Below are positions 40,224 to 53,478 of a DNA stretch of 64,000 bases, piece by piece (the stretch's first letter is position 1; the number at the start of each line of letters is the position of its first letter). The position numbers and the translations under genes were made by a program. The DNA comes from an uncultured delta proteobacterium (GTDB lineage: Bacteria > Desulfobacterota > Binatia > Bin18): contig CAVTCR010000050.1 in the NCBI GenBank assembly GCA_963733195.1, forward strand, positions 208,329-272,328, given 5' to 3'. The notes under the pieces were generated by a model. That model made no database searches. It worked only from the letters and a program-made list of their open reading frames with translations, and was not told the origin of the DNA.

Positions 40224-41911
40224 TTATTGCGTACCGTACTTCACGCTCAGCTTTTTCATGCGGCTGCGCAGCGTCGAAGCGGGCAGGCCCAGAATCTCCG
40301 CCGCGCCCCCTTTGCCAGCGATGAGCCCACGCGTATGGCGCAAGACTTCTTCGATATAGGCGCGTTCCATTTCTTCCAGCGTGCGTGAGGGTGGTGATGC
40401 CGCGTGCGCGGTAGGAGTGGCCGTTGCTGCTTCCGCTCGGCTCAGCGGCAGATCGACGAACAACACCTCACCCTCGGCCAGCAGCACGGCTCGTTCAATC
40501 AGGTGCTCCAGCTCGCGCACGTTGCCAGGCCAAGCGTACTGCTGTAGGCGCGTCAGGGAAGCAGGGTCGATCGAGGAAATCGGTTTTTTGAAACGGGCGC
40601 GAAATTTCTGGGCAAAATAGGTGGTCAGTAGCGCGATATCGCCGGGTCGCTCACGCAACGGCGGCGCCTGAATCGGAAAGACGTTGAGGCGATAGAAGAG
40701 GTCGGAGCGGAATTTTCCTTCAGCAACAAGTTTGTCAAGCGGCTGGTTTGTCGCCGCGAGTACTCGGACATCCACCGAGATGGAGTGTGCTCCTCCCACA
40801 CGTTCGAAGGCGCCGTGCTGCAAAACGCGCAAAAATTTCGCTTGCGTTTCCAGCGACAGTTCTCCCACTTCGTCGAGAAAGAGGGTGCCGCCGTCGGCCA
40901 GTTGGATACGTCCGAGTTTGCGTTGGTGCGCGCCGGTGAAGGCGCCTTTCTCGTGCCCGAATAACTCGCTTTCCACCAGTCCCGCGGGCAAGGCGGCGCA
41001 ATTAATCGTAATGAATGGACGGTGGCTGCGAGCGCTGCGCGTGTGGATGGCGTGAGCGATCAATTCCTTGCCTGTTCCAGTCTCCCCACAGATCAGTACG
41101 GTAGCGTCCGCTGAGGCAACTGTCTCAATTGCCTTCACGACGTGTTTGAATGCAGGGCTGGTGCCGATCATCTCCGCGAAATAGTCTTCTTCCCTCATCG
41201 CCTTTTGCAGGGAGTACATCTGCGATTCGAGCGTTTGCACTTTCTCCCGTTGCTGCGCGAGTTCCCGCGAGCGCCGTTCCAGTTCGGTGAGCACCGTCGT
41301 AGTTCGGCATCGAGATTCTCCGGTTGGTGATCCTCCCTCAGGGCACGCATGTCTTCATGCTGTCAGTGGCTGCTCTGCCAACGACGAGGCAGCGCGCATC
41401 TCCTTTCCCCACGCATTCCTTTTCCACGCAATAGACAGGGCTGCCGAAGATCGCGGTCGCATGCCCGCTCGCATATCCTGTCAGGGTCCAGCATACCGGT
41501 ACAGTGCTGGGAGCCGATGTGTTTTAGGTGTTGTTCTGCTTCGTAGGAGTTGATCCACTCCGACTCTGTGGCAAACACGCCACGGCCCGTATCGATCTGG
41601 AAGTGCAGCGGGCGCACGCGCACGATTCCTTCCAACGTGTGCAGGCGTGGGCCGGCGGCCCACCAGTCTTCTACGCTGTTCCAGGCGAACAATTCTTTCG
41701 AGGTCAGCGCGTCGCGATACCCACAGGCGTAGCCAAAGCGAGTCAGGAGACGTCGCGTGCGTTCCAGACCCAGAGTCTTAGTGAGTTCCTTGCGCAGCAG
41801 ACCCATCGCATCTGCATCAAAGAGCAGCATACGTCGATGCCGGAAGTGAATCGTCCCCGCCGCCTCGTCCACAGTGAGTAACTCTGGCAACTTCAGTTCG
41901 CTGAGGTTCAT
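40224..41911 (-). CDS. XylR-N/V4R sigma54-dependent activator (frameshifts in V4R region)
   Basis: [41 protein letters not shown]; [14 protein letters not shown]; FhlA-type HTH tail. Confidence 0.88.
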
Positions 41912-42156
41912 ACGCTTGGTTTCTCTATGCCTTTGTGTTTGCAGACATGACTTCATTGTCCCCTTTTGGAAGATATATGGAAGTCACTATGGAGATCGCA
42001 CGTCGTGCGACAGACTGGCGCTCGCTCGATAGGAGATAGGGGGGTGGGAGTTTTGTTGACCGTACGTACTGCGATTTCCCTACGGGAATGACGATGACAA
42101 ACCCATCGTCATTCCCCGGGCAAGCCCACACAGGGGGCACGTCTCAGAACTGGATA

Positions 42157-42696
42157 TTACGAGCCCAGCTCTTCTAAAAGACTGACTAAGTCATCGGCAT
42201 GTTCCTCCTCCATCGCCAATATTCCCTCTAGCATTCGGCGAGTCGTCGGGTCGTCGTTGTCGAGGTACCCGATCATCTCCCGGTAACTATCGATAGCGAC
42301 GCGTTCTGCTACGAGATCTTCTTTAATCATATCTACGAGTGTCTTGCCTTCAACGTACTCCGAGTGGCTTCTCGTCAGGAGTCCTTCGGGCGAGAGATTA
42401 GGCTCCCCTCCCAACTGAACGATCCGCTGCGCAATCTGGTCTGCATGCGTTTGCTCTTCGTTCGCGTGTTGTAAGAACTCTTGCGCGACGCTCTGCGCGT
42501 TGATTCCCGACGCCATAAAGTAATGGCGCTTATACCGCAACACGCACACGATCTCTGTCGCCAAGGCCTCGTTCAACAGCCTTACCACGGTTTCGCGGTC
42601 TGCACGGTATCCCGGCGTGACTGCACCCTGTTCGATGTGTTGCCGCGCTCGTTCACGCAACGATTTAATGTCTGTGAGAAATGGCTTGTCCGTCAT
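42157..42696 (-). CDS. Bacterioferritin/ferritin-like di-iron protein
   Basis: ALATEIVCVLRY, EEQTH, DLVAERVAI, EEEH. Confidence 0.88.
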   Translation of the reverse strand: MTDKPFLTDIKSLRERARQHIEQGAVTPGYRADRETVVRLLNEALATEIVCVLRYKRHYFMASGINAQSVAQEFLQHANEEQTHADQIAQRIVQLGGEPNLSPEGLLTRSHSEYVEGKTLVDMIKEDLVAERVAIDSYREMIGYLDNDDPTTRRMLEGILAMEEEHADDLVSLLEELGS

Positions 42697-42982
42697 AATG
42701 TCCTCCTTAGATTCTATATACAGTCACTGAACTCACCTTACGACTTCTGAAAGTTGGTGCCTAGCGGCTAATGACAAAGCTCAGCTACCAGAGCCGCCTT
42801 CGGCAGCGCAATCTTCAAACACTCCCCGATTCCCAAGCTCAGCCGATAGCGAGCCGTGCCTCGAATTTTAGATTTGCAGCGTCACCTGTAGAGCGATATT
42901 CGCATTGAGTACGCGAGAGACTGGACAATTCTTTTCGGCGGACCGGTTCGTTTCATATTCGTACTCCTTTCCTCATGAGACT

Positions 42983-43250
42983 TCAGTGCGAATGCACTTC
43001 GCCTTCAAGCGCAACCTTGCCGGCGAAGTGGCGATAGACGAACGTGGAGTAACCGAGAGCGAGAATGATGCCAATCGTCCACCAGACCAAGCCGACTCTC
43101 AGACCGTACGCGCCCGCCAGCATAGCAATGATGTACAGACTCGAGGCGAGAAACGCGCGCAGTCCACAGAGGTTCGAAGAAGTAGCCGTCTGCGTTGAGC
43201 GGTACCCCACGGATCACATTACCCAGAGCCACACCAAAGGGCAGGGCTTC
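42983..43250 (-). pseudogene. cydB: Internally deleted remnant of cytochrome bd oxidase subunit II
   Basis: Segments FGVALGNVIRGVPLNADGYFFEPLWT, AFLASSLYIIAML and YGLRVGLVWW...YRHFAGKV joined together. Confidence 0.7.
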
Positions 43251-43270
43251 GGCTGTCCAGATGTCGCGCT

Positions 43271-43386
43271 GACCAGGAGACTTCGTCATTTTCACAAAGT
43301 CTCCTGGTCGGTGTGTCTATGCGCACGCAGAGCAAAGCCCTGTTTCCCGGGTGTTTTCGCTTCAGTTAGTTGGCATGGCGTGGGCT
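43271..43386 (+). promoter_or_regulatory. Enhancer-like double palindrome plus degenerate sigma54 box
   Basis: CCAGGAGACTTCGTCA-TTT-TCACAAAGTCTCCTGG, then TGGCATGGCGTGGGCT (GG-N10-GC) at 43371. Confidence 0.5.
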
Positions 43387-43784
43387 GAATGGAGTACGAG
43401 ACCTACAGGTGGCGAGTGTAGTCACCATAAGTGAGATAGGGATTTCTGTGAGGATACCATGCACACCGCACACTCCTCTGCCTACCGACGTCGACTACCT
43501 CGGCATGGGCCGATAGCACAGCCGCGACCCGATGCTGCCGACTGGGACACCGGACCTGAGTGGTTATCCAGCACCGGCATGCTCCCAGAACAGTTTTTCC
43601 CTTCCAGACGAGCCGCTGGGCACGGCGTTCCGAGGCAACCTTGGTGAAGGCACAACGGCAGCTGGCTGCTTGACAACGCGGAGAAGCGCAGCCATCTAGC
43701 GAGTAGCCCAAGAAAACCGTATAAAATACAGTAGCCGCTAGTGCAGCGCCTTGGGAATCAGCACCCAAAGAAGGAGGAAGGATA

Positions 43785-44222
43785 ATGTATACATGTAATC
43801 TCAGGGTCCGCCTTTCCTTTGTTGCTGGCGTTATGATGGCAACTCTTCTGTGGATAACGCCCAGTAAGAGTCTGGCGCAGAGGGAAGAGGTTGTGAAAGC
43901 AGGGAGACCAACCTTCGAGCAGTCTTGCGCGGTCTGTCATGGGCGCGAAGGCAAAGGTGATGGCGGGGCGGTAAACCTGTTGACGGTTAAGCCCGCAGAC
44001 CTCACCCAGATTAGCAAGAAGAATGGGGGTAGTTTCCCGTTCTGGCGCGTCTACTCGATCATTGATGGCCGTGAAAAGGTCCTAGGGCACGGGGGCGACG
44101 AGATGCCGATCTGGGGGTCAGTGTTTCGCATGCAGGCCGGTGGCGGGGCCGATGCTGAAGCTCAGGTGCGGGGGCGAATCTTGGAGCTTGTGTATTACCT
44201 GGAGTCCATCCAGGAAAAATAA
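43785..44222 (+). CDS. Monoheme cytochrome c
   Basis: Signal peptide, CAVCHG, distal Met in MPIWG. Confidence 0.9.
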   Translation: MYTCNLRVRLSFVAGVMMATLLWITPSKSLAQREEVVKAGRPTFEQSCAVCHGREGKGDGGAVNLLTVKPADLTQISKKNGGSFPFWRVYSIIDGREKVLGHGGDEMPIWGSVFRMQAGGGADAEAQVRGRILELVYYLESIQEK

Positions 44223-44384
44223 GGCCCAATCCTGAAAACGATTGTTCGTCTCCACTTATACGTGGTTTGGAGACGTTCCTCCACGCAAACCGGTAACACC
44301 ACCGGGCAATATTAATGCCAGGAGCGCCGTGCATGCAGTGCTGATGCTACCAGCGCTTTTTCCCTGTATTCCTCACCACGGGAT

Positions 44385-44543
44385 CACGAATTTTCGTGAA
44401 TCAGCTCTGCCAAAGCTCGTATCCCAGACCACGAACCTTCGTCATTTTCACAAAGATTCGTGGTCGAAAAATCTCCTCGGACTTGGAGGTCAGACCGTTA
44501 TATAGATGTTTTCTCTGCTCCTGCGGTTGGCATAGCTTCTGCT
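44385..44543 (+). promoter_or_regulatory. Three palindromic sites plus sigma54 promoter of the dnaK operon
   Basis: TCACGAATTTTCGTGA; CCACGAACCTTCGTCA-TTT-TCACAAAGATTCGTGG; TGGCATAGCTTCTGCT at 44528. Confidence 0.65.
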
Positions 44544-44571
44544 ATATCATGCACTTCTGCTATATCATGCA
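44536..44571 (+). repeat. 18-bp perfect tandem repeat
   Basis: CTTCTGCTATATCATGCA twice. Confidence 0.9.
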
Positions 44572-44627
44572 GAGGAAGAGCCAATAGCGTGAGTACGCAA
44601 CAGACCTAAAAGGGAGGTATAGCCAAT

Positions 44628-46520
44628 ATGGCTAAAGCAATAGGAATTGATCTTGGTACGACCAACTCGGTCGTCGCAGTGATGGAGGGCGGAAAACCGA
44701 CCGTCGTCATCAATAGTGAAGGCAATCGTCTCACTCCCTCTGTTGTCTCCTTTACCAAAACCGGCGAGCGCCTCGTCGGTCAACTCGCCAAGCGTCAGGC
44801 GGTGCTCAACCCCGACCGGACCATCTCCTCGGCCAAGCGGTTCATCGGTCGTCGCTATCCCGAGGTCCAGTCGGAACTCAAAAATATCCCCTACAAGGTA
44901 GTGGCGGGCCCAAACGAGGCGGTGCGGTTCGATATTGGGGATAAACTCTACGCGCCTGAAGAGATTTCCTCACAGGTCTTGCGCAAGCTTGCTGACGACG
45001 CTGGGAAATATCTGGGGGAAAAGGTAACCGATGCGGTGATCACAGTCCCAGCATACTTCAACGATGCGCAGCGGCAAGCGACCAAAGACGCAGGCACAAT
45101 CGCCGGCCTCAACGTCCTGCGTATCATTAATGAGCCAACGGCTGCCGCGCTCGCTTACGGTCTCGAGAAAAAAGGCAACGAGACGATTCTGGTTTTCGAT
45201 CTCGGCGGCGGCACGTTTGATGTCTCAATCCTCGACGTCAGCGAAGGTGTCTTTGAGGTCAAAGCGACCGCGGGTGATACCCACCTCGGCGGTGATGATT
45301 TCGATAAGCGCATTGTCGATTGGTTGGCCGAGGAGTTCTTGCGCGATCAAGGGATCGATCTGCGGAAAGACCGACAGGCGCTACAGCGGCTCACCGAAGC
45401 AGCTGAAAAGGCGAAGATCGAACTGTCGAGCGTCGTCGAAACGACGATCAACCTGCCCTTCATCACAGCCGATGCGTCGGGGCCAAAACACCTGGAGACG
45501 CGACTGCCGCGGGCGAAGTTCGATCAACTGACAGCCGATCTGGTCGAGCGGTGCGCCGGACCGGTCCGCCAAGCGCTCGCAGACGCGAAACTCACCGAAC
45601 GAGATATTAATGAAGTCGTGCTCGTCGGCGGGTCGACACGTATTCCAGCCGTTGTCACCCTCGTGCGCCGACTGATGGGCGGCAAAGAGCCGAACCAGTC
45701 GGTCAACCCAGACGAGGTCGTGGCGGTAGGGGCAGCGATTCAAGCCGGTGTCCTCGCGGGCGAGGTCAAGGGCGTGTTGTTGCTCGATGTGACCCCGCTC
45801 TCATTAGGTGTTGAAACCCTCGGTGGCGTGATGACCAAATTGATCGAGCGCAACACGACGATTCCGGTGCGCCGCTCTGAAACCTTCTCGACCGCCGACG
45901 ATAACCAGACCGCCGTCGAGGTCCATGTCCTGCAGGGTGAACGCGAGATGGCGCGAGACAACCGCTCGCTAGGTCATTTCCGGCTCGAAGGGATCCGACC
46001 AGCGCGGCGCGGTGTACCCCAGATCGAAGTGACCTTTGACATTGACGCTAACGGTATTCTTACCGCGACTGCCCAAGACAAAGATACTGGCAAAGAACAG
46101 AAGATCACTATCACCGGCTCGACCCAGCTCGCGAAAGACGAGATTGATCGCATGGTCGCCGATGCCCAGAGTCACGCGGCCGACGACCGGCGGCGGCGTG
46201 AGGAAGTGGAAGCGCGCAATACGGCTGATGCGATGGCCTATCAAGTCGAACGACAACTCCAAGAGCTAGGGGCGGGCGTGCCGGTCAACGAGAAAGCGCG
46301 CGCCGAACAGTTCATTGCAGAGATTCGCCAATTGATACAGAGCAACTCGACCGATATCGCACGGCTCCGACAATTGACCGGCGATTTACAACAGCTCGCC
46401 GCCGGGCTCGCGGCTGCTCCCTCTAGCCGTGCGGCGGCTGAAGGCGATAGGACTGGAGCGCAGGGCTCACGATCAGGCGGACCGGATGATGTCATTGACG
46501 CCGACTTCACCCAGAGGTAA
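44628..46520 (+). CDS. dnaK: Chaperone DnaK (Hsp70)
   Basis: [32 protein letters not shown]; terminal VIDADF. Confidence 0.97.
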   Translation: MAKAIGIDLGTTNSVVAVMEGGKPTVVINSEGNRLTPSVVSFTKTGERLVGQLAKRQAVLNPDRTISSAKRFIGRRYPEVQSELKNIPYKVVAGPNEAVRFDIGDKLYAPEEISSQVLRKLADDAGKYLGEKVTDAVITVPAYFNDAQRQATKDAGTIAGLNVLRIINEPTAAALAYGLEKKGNETILVFDLGGGTFDVSILDVSEGVFEVKATAGDTHLGGDDFDKRIVDWLAEEFLRDQGIDLRKDRQALQRLTEAAEKAKIELSSVVETTINLPFITADASGPKHLETRLPRAKFDQLTADLVERCAGPVRQALADAKLTERDINEVVLVGGSTRIPAVVTLVRRLMGGKEPNQSVNPDEVVAVGAAIQAGVLAGEVKGVLLLDVTPLSLGVETLGGVMTKLIERNTTIPVRRSETFSTADDNQTAVEVHVLQGEREMARDNRSLGHFRLEGIRPARRGVPQIEVTFDIDANGILTATAQDKDTGKEQKITITGSTQLAKDEIDRMVADAQSHAADDRRRREEVEARNTADAMAYQVERQLQELGAGVPVNEKARAEQFIAEIRQLIQSNSTDIARLRQLTGDLQQLAAGLAAAPSSRAAAEGDRTGAQGSRSGGPDDVIDADFTQR

Positions 46521-46524
46521 TCCG

Positions 46525-47024
46525 ATGTCTCAAGGAGAACAGAACAAGGTGGAACCGGCAAGCGCTGAACACGCTGAGATCGAACGACTCACAGCCGAGC
46601 TCAGCCGGGAGCATGACCTCTACCTGCGTGCCCTGGCTGATTTCGAGAACTATCGTCGGCGAGTGGAGCGCGAGCGCGAGAGTGCAGCGAAGCGAGACAA
46701 GCGCGAATTGCTGCTGGCGCTGCTCGATCTAGCGGATGACTTCGAGCGAGCGCTGGCCCATGTCAATGACTCGCCAGAAGCAGTCGTGGCCGGGCTGCAC
46801 ACTATACAGCGGCGGTTGACCAGCGTACTCGAAGCCCAAGGTGTAAAGTCGTTTGATAGTGTCGGCCAAGCATTCGATCCAGCCGTGCACGAAGCAGTAG
46901 GAACTGTGCAGAGCGATCAGCAGGAAGCAGGGAACCGTGCTCGACGAGCTGAGCCGCGGCTACCACTGGGGCGACTGAAATGCTCCGGCCGGCACGCGTC
47001 CGCGTCGTCCAAGAAAATGGATAG
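46525..47024 (+). CDS. grpE: Nucleotide exchange factor GrpE (frameshifts near 46930-46980)
   Basis: LRALADFENYRRR, FDPAVHEAV, RGY...LRPARVRV. Confidence 0.9.
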
Positions 47025-47030
47025 GCGAAG

Positions 47031-47984
47031 ATGGCAGTTCAGTTTCGCGACTACTACGACGTGCTCGGCGTCGCCCGCACAGCGACCGAAGATGACATCA
47101 AAAAGGCGTACCGCTCGCTCGCTCGCAAGTATCACCCCGATATCAATCCTGGTGATAAAACCGCCGAGGAAAAATTCAAAGAACTCAACGAAGCCTACAC
47201 GGTGCTGTCCGATCAGGAGAAGCGTCAGCGCTACGATCAGCTCGGCGCAGACTGGAAGGCGGGATCCGATTTCACCCCACCGCCGGGATGGGAGCAGGCG
47301 CGTGGCAATTACCAAGACTTTGGTGATCTCTTTGGTGCAGCAGGTACCGGACGCGGCGCTGCGGGCTTCAGCGATTTCTTTGAGGCGCTTTTCGGCGCTC
47401 GTCGTGGGCGCGCAGGGGCCGGCTTCGCTATGCGCGGCTCCGATATCGAAGCCGAAATCCCGCTTACGCTCCAAGAGGCTCATCGTGGCATCACACGCGG
47501 TATCACACTCCAAGGTCCCAACGGTCCGAAGACACTTGAGGTCACCATCCCCGCCGGGATGCGCGAAGGTTCGGTGATCCGACTCGCCGGTCAGGGCGAA
47601 CCGGGGATGGGCAACGCCCCTGCCGGTGACCTCTTACTCCACGTGCGACTTGAGCCACACCCTCTCTTCACCGTCATCGGTGACAGCGATGTCCAAATTG
47701 ATCTTCCGGTCGCGCCCTGGGAGGCCGCGCTCGGCACCCGAATCAGTGTACCGACGCTTGATGGGTCAGTTGAAATGACGATCCCGACCGGAGCGCAGGG
47801 TGGGCAACGGCTGCGTTTACGTGGACAAGGGCTCAAACAGCGGGGTGGCGGGCGCGGCGATGAATACGTACGACTCACGATTGTCATTCCGCCGCGGCTG
47901 ACCGAGGCCGAAAAAGCGCTCTTTGCCAAGCTGGCGGCCGAGTCGCGCTTTAATGCACGTGAGTTAATGAAAGGAGGCCACTAA
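47031..47984 (+). CDS. cbpA: DnaJ class B co-chaperone (CbpA-like, no zinc finger)
   Basis: J domain with [21 protein letters not shown]; followed by CbpM. Confidence 0.88.
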   Translation: MAVQFRDYYDVLGVARTATEDDIKKAYRSLARKYHPDINPGDKTAEEKFKELNEAYTVLSDQEKRQRYDQLGADWKAGSDFTPPPGWEQARGNYQDFGDLFGAAGTGRGAAGFSDFFEALFGARRGRAGAGFAMRGSDIEAEIPLTLQEAHRGITRGITLQGPNGPKTLEVTIPAGMREGSVIRLAGQGEPGMGNAPAGDLLLHVRLEPHPLFTVIGDSDVQIDLPVAPWEAALGTRISVPTLDGSVEMTIPTGAQGGQRLRLRGQGLKQRGGGRGDEYVRLTIVIPPRLTEAEKALFAKLAAESRFNARELMKGGH

Positions 47985-48298
47985 TGAGTGTCCCGCGAGA
48001 TCAGCTCGTCCTCCGTCGCATCGAGCGCGAGCAGATAACACTCGATATGCTGGCCGCAAGCGCCGGTCTGCACCCGGCGCTCGTCGAATGTTTTGTTGAA
48101 TTCGGGCTAATCGAGCCAGTTGAAAGAGTCGGAGGACAACAGCTTTTCGACGTCAGCTGCATCACGCGTCTTCGCACGATCGTGCGCTTGCGTCGCGATG
48201 TCGGTATCAACCTGTCCGGCATTGCCGTGATCCTAGATATGCTTGACCGACTCACCGCCTTACAGCGCGAGAACGCCTGGCTACGCAACCGGCGGTGA
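47984..48298 (+). CDS. cbpM: Chaperone modulator CbpM (MerR-like)
   Basis: FVEFGLIEP, RLRRDVGINLSGIAVILDML. Confidence 0.8.
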   Translation: MSVPRDQLVLRRIEREQITLDMLAASAGLHPALVECFVEFGLIEPVERVGGQQLFDVSCITRLRTIVRLRRDVGINLSGIAVILDMLDRLTALQRENAWLRNRR

Positions 48299-48479
48299 AC
48301 GGACCGTACAAGGGGTGCAAAGAAATGAACAGTTACTGTTCCCCCTCCGCCAAAGCTCGTACTCTATATCATGAGACTTCGTCATTTTCACGAGGATTCG
48401 TAGTCAGCGAGTCTTCTCGCACCATCCGACTGCGCGTCGGTTGGCTATTTATCACGATCAGTGAGAAAGGAACCGAAGC

Positions 48480-51100
<2,621 letters not shown>

Positions 51101-51176
51101 AATTTGGATCATATCACTTGAAGTGAAAATTCTCTCTGACCTCCTTTGCAAGCCGGCGGGTGCTTGCCATTGGGAA

Positions 51177-51239
51177 GAGCCCCTTCGCTCCCGCTCATCC
51201 TGGACGCAGCGTAGCGCAGTCGAAGGGCTCGCAATGACA
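51177..51239. repeat. REP-like element; related copy at 54379-54441
   Basis: GAGCCCTTCG...CGAAGGGCTC followed by CGCAATGAC at both loci. Confidence 0.6.
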
Positions 51240-51271
51240 GTTTGACTTAACTGGAGGAAAAGAAAAAACAT

Positions 51272-51640
51272 ATGACACCGTCGCCAGCGATCACTACCTT
51301 GTTTCTCGATGTTGGACAGGTGTTACTCACTGACAGTTGGGGGCCGACGATGCGCCAGCGTGCGGTGGACGCCTTTGGTTTCGACTTCGCAGAGGTCGCT
51401 AAGCGTAGCCAACTGACTTTCGAGGGATACTAGTGACTGTGTAAGATTCGAGCCTGTGCATTGCCGTAAGCCGAGACCGGGTTGTCCGAATGGCACTCGA
51501 AATCGCTCGGTTGACCCACGGGAAGCTCCATACAGTTGATGATCAGGAGCGTTTCTGAAGCTCTCAAGCCCGGAATGCAAGGTATCCATCAACTCCTATG
51601 ACTCTACACGGACGGCCCTGGCTACTGGACTCTCTCAAGG
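51272..51640 (+). pseudogene. Decayed HAD-family phosphatase
   Basis: MTPSPAITTLFLDVGQVLLTDSW... stop at 51433; later fragments VHCRKP, RMALEIA, GMQGIH, YDSTRTALA in shifting frames; middle missing. Confidence 0.6.
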
Positions 51641-51883
51641 TAGGGGCTTCCCCGGTTTCATCGCTACACGATTGGAATGATGAGATACCACTTCGTTTTC
51701 CGGGTGAGCAACGCGAGATTCGGTCTGACAAGCTGGATTCCGGCTTCCCGGAATGACAGTCCGGAGACACGCGAGAGTTGAGGGAACGGGGCCGCAACTG
51801 GATAAACCGATGGTAGGAGTCAATCGCTTTCATGATTACGCTAAGGTCACTGGCATCGTACTACATAAATAGTTGTCACATCA

Positions 51884-52857
51884 TGCAAGCAAAGACTCGG
51901 GCGCACACCGCTACGTCGTGGGTATTTTGCGCATTCGTTGTTGTCTTTCGTGTCTTTGAGAATGCTGGGGCACCTTCACCTGCCTGGCCATCAGAGAACG
52001 ATCACTCACAGTTACAAGTCGCCAACGTCACCATTGCTGTGGAGATTGCACCCGGCAGACTCACCTTATCCCGCGATCAGGTGTTGGCCTGGATTTCTGA
52101 GGCCGCCCGTGCAGTCGTGCACTATTATGGTCGTTTTCCCGTCTCTCAACTCCAAATCCTGGTAACTCCCGTGCGTGGGAAAGGGGCACCCTCCGGCACC
52201 ACCTTTGGCCAGCCTCACCCCCGCATCACAGTTGCTTTGGGCGAGGCTGCCGATGAAGAGTTTTTGCGTCGGGATTGGATGATGGTGCACGAAATGGTGC
52301 ATCTCGCGTTTCCCCGGGTCGCCAAACAACATCACTGGATCGAAGAAGGGCTAGCGACCTACATTGAGCCGTGGGCACGCTTGGGCATCGGTCAGCTAAC
52401 GGAAGAAACGGTGTGGAAAGATTTGGTTGAAGGGCTTCCGAAAGGACTACCTGGGCCGGAGGATAAAGGACTGGATCGCACGCCGACCTGGGGACGGACG
52501 TATTGGGGGGGCGCGCTATTTTGTTTACTCGCCGATGTAGAGATTCGCAAACGGACCGCCAATCAACGCGGGCTCCACGACGCCGTACGCGGAATCGTGG
52601 CTGCGGGCGGGTCAATGCGAGAACAGTGGTCGCTCACTCGCACTCTAGAAATCGGCGATCAGGCAACCGGAGTCTCGGTGCTGACTGAACTGTATGAGCA
52701 GATGAAAGAGACGCCAACGAATGTCGATCTGGCTGATCTATGGCAACAGCTTGGGATCGAAGTGCGCGATGGAGCGGTTGTGTTTCATGCAGATGCGCCA
52801 CTGGCATCCGTGCGCGAGGCTATCACTCGAAGTGTGCGGAAGAGCGAAGCAGACTAG
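51884..52857 (+). CDS. Putative secreted zinc metallopeptidase (gluzincin-like)
   Basis: HEMVH followed by WIEEGLATY; RTYWGGALF; start uncertain. Confidence 0.7.
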
Positions 52858-52917
52858 GTGTCACTTGCATTCCGAACAATAATGACCAGAAAGGAAGACA
52901 CGCTCAGAACGGTGTGG

Positions 52918-53130
52918 TCAGACGTGGACTTGCGCGCAAAAACCCCTTCGGTATCTGCGGCCCAGCTTTGCGCCGTGCCGCTTCGCCGCTTCCCTACCCG
53001 CCCTCGTCCGCTCCTGTATCAAGGACCGTTCGAGTTCCGCGAGGACGCCTACCATCTGCCACATGGCGCGGCCTGTGTGCGTTTCAGTGTCAATTGCTTC
53101 CGTCAGGGACTTGAACTTGATCCCCTTACC
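52918..53130 (-). pseudogene. Serine recombinase (resolvase/invertase) internal fragment
   Basis: GIKFKSLTEAIDTETHTGRAMWQMVGVLAELERSLIQERTRAGREAAK..GAKLGR; no start codon or catalytic N-terminus. Confidence 0.8.
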
Positions 53131-53133
53131 CTA

Positions 53134-53362
53134 TCAGATCGTCGTGCAGGGTACCCGTTCCTGCTTGGCTTGCCGCTTGAAGAACGCGAGACTGCTTTGT
53201 GTCAGTTCAAGCGTGACTTTCGTGGTGGATTCACGTTTCACTAGTTGCGAAGGTGGGGGCAAGAAATCCGTGACTCGTTCGCCCATTTCCATTGGTTCAT
53301 CCGTGTATTTTATTTTCTTGCTCATCGCGTTTTCGTCCTTTTCGCCAATACCCGGCCCCGAC
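53134..53362 (-). pseudogene. Truncated BrnT/BrnA-like toxin-antitoxin remnant
   Basis: Antitoxin MSKKIKYTDEP...DFLPPP...KVTLEL...FFK truncated at 53134; overlapping toxin C-terminus GAGYWRKG...EQENKIHG only. Confidence 0.65.
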
Positions 53363-53478
53363 TTAATACCACAGAAGGGTCTTTGTGTGATCTTGGCTTT
53401 CTTTCAATAGCAGTTCACAGTCTGACCTCAACCTCCCGGCTAGCCTAAGCACGGAGAGATGTTCTATATTCGCACGGT

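Noticed and set aside
42157-42696. Encapsulin cargo ferritin
   Set aside because: No C-terminal targeting peptide and no encapsulin gene nearby.
43271-48410. CRISPR array from the CTTCGTCATTTTCAC repeat
   Set aside because: Only three dispersed copies, 1-4 kb apart, with no regular spacers and no cas genes.
51434-51800. Group II intron remnant
   Set aside because: No GTGCG 5' end or domain V is recognisable; the sequence is better explained as decayed HAD coding sequence plus a REP.
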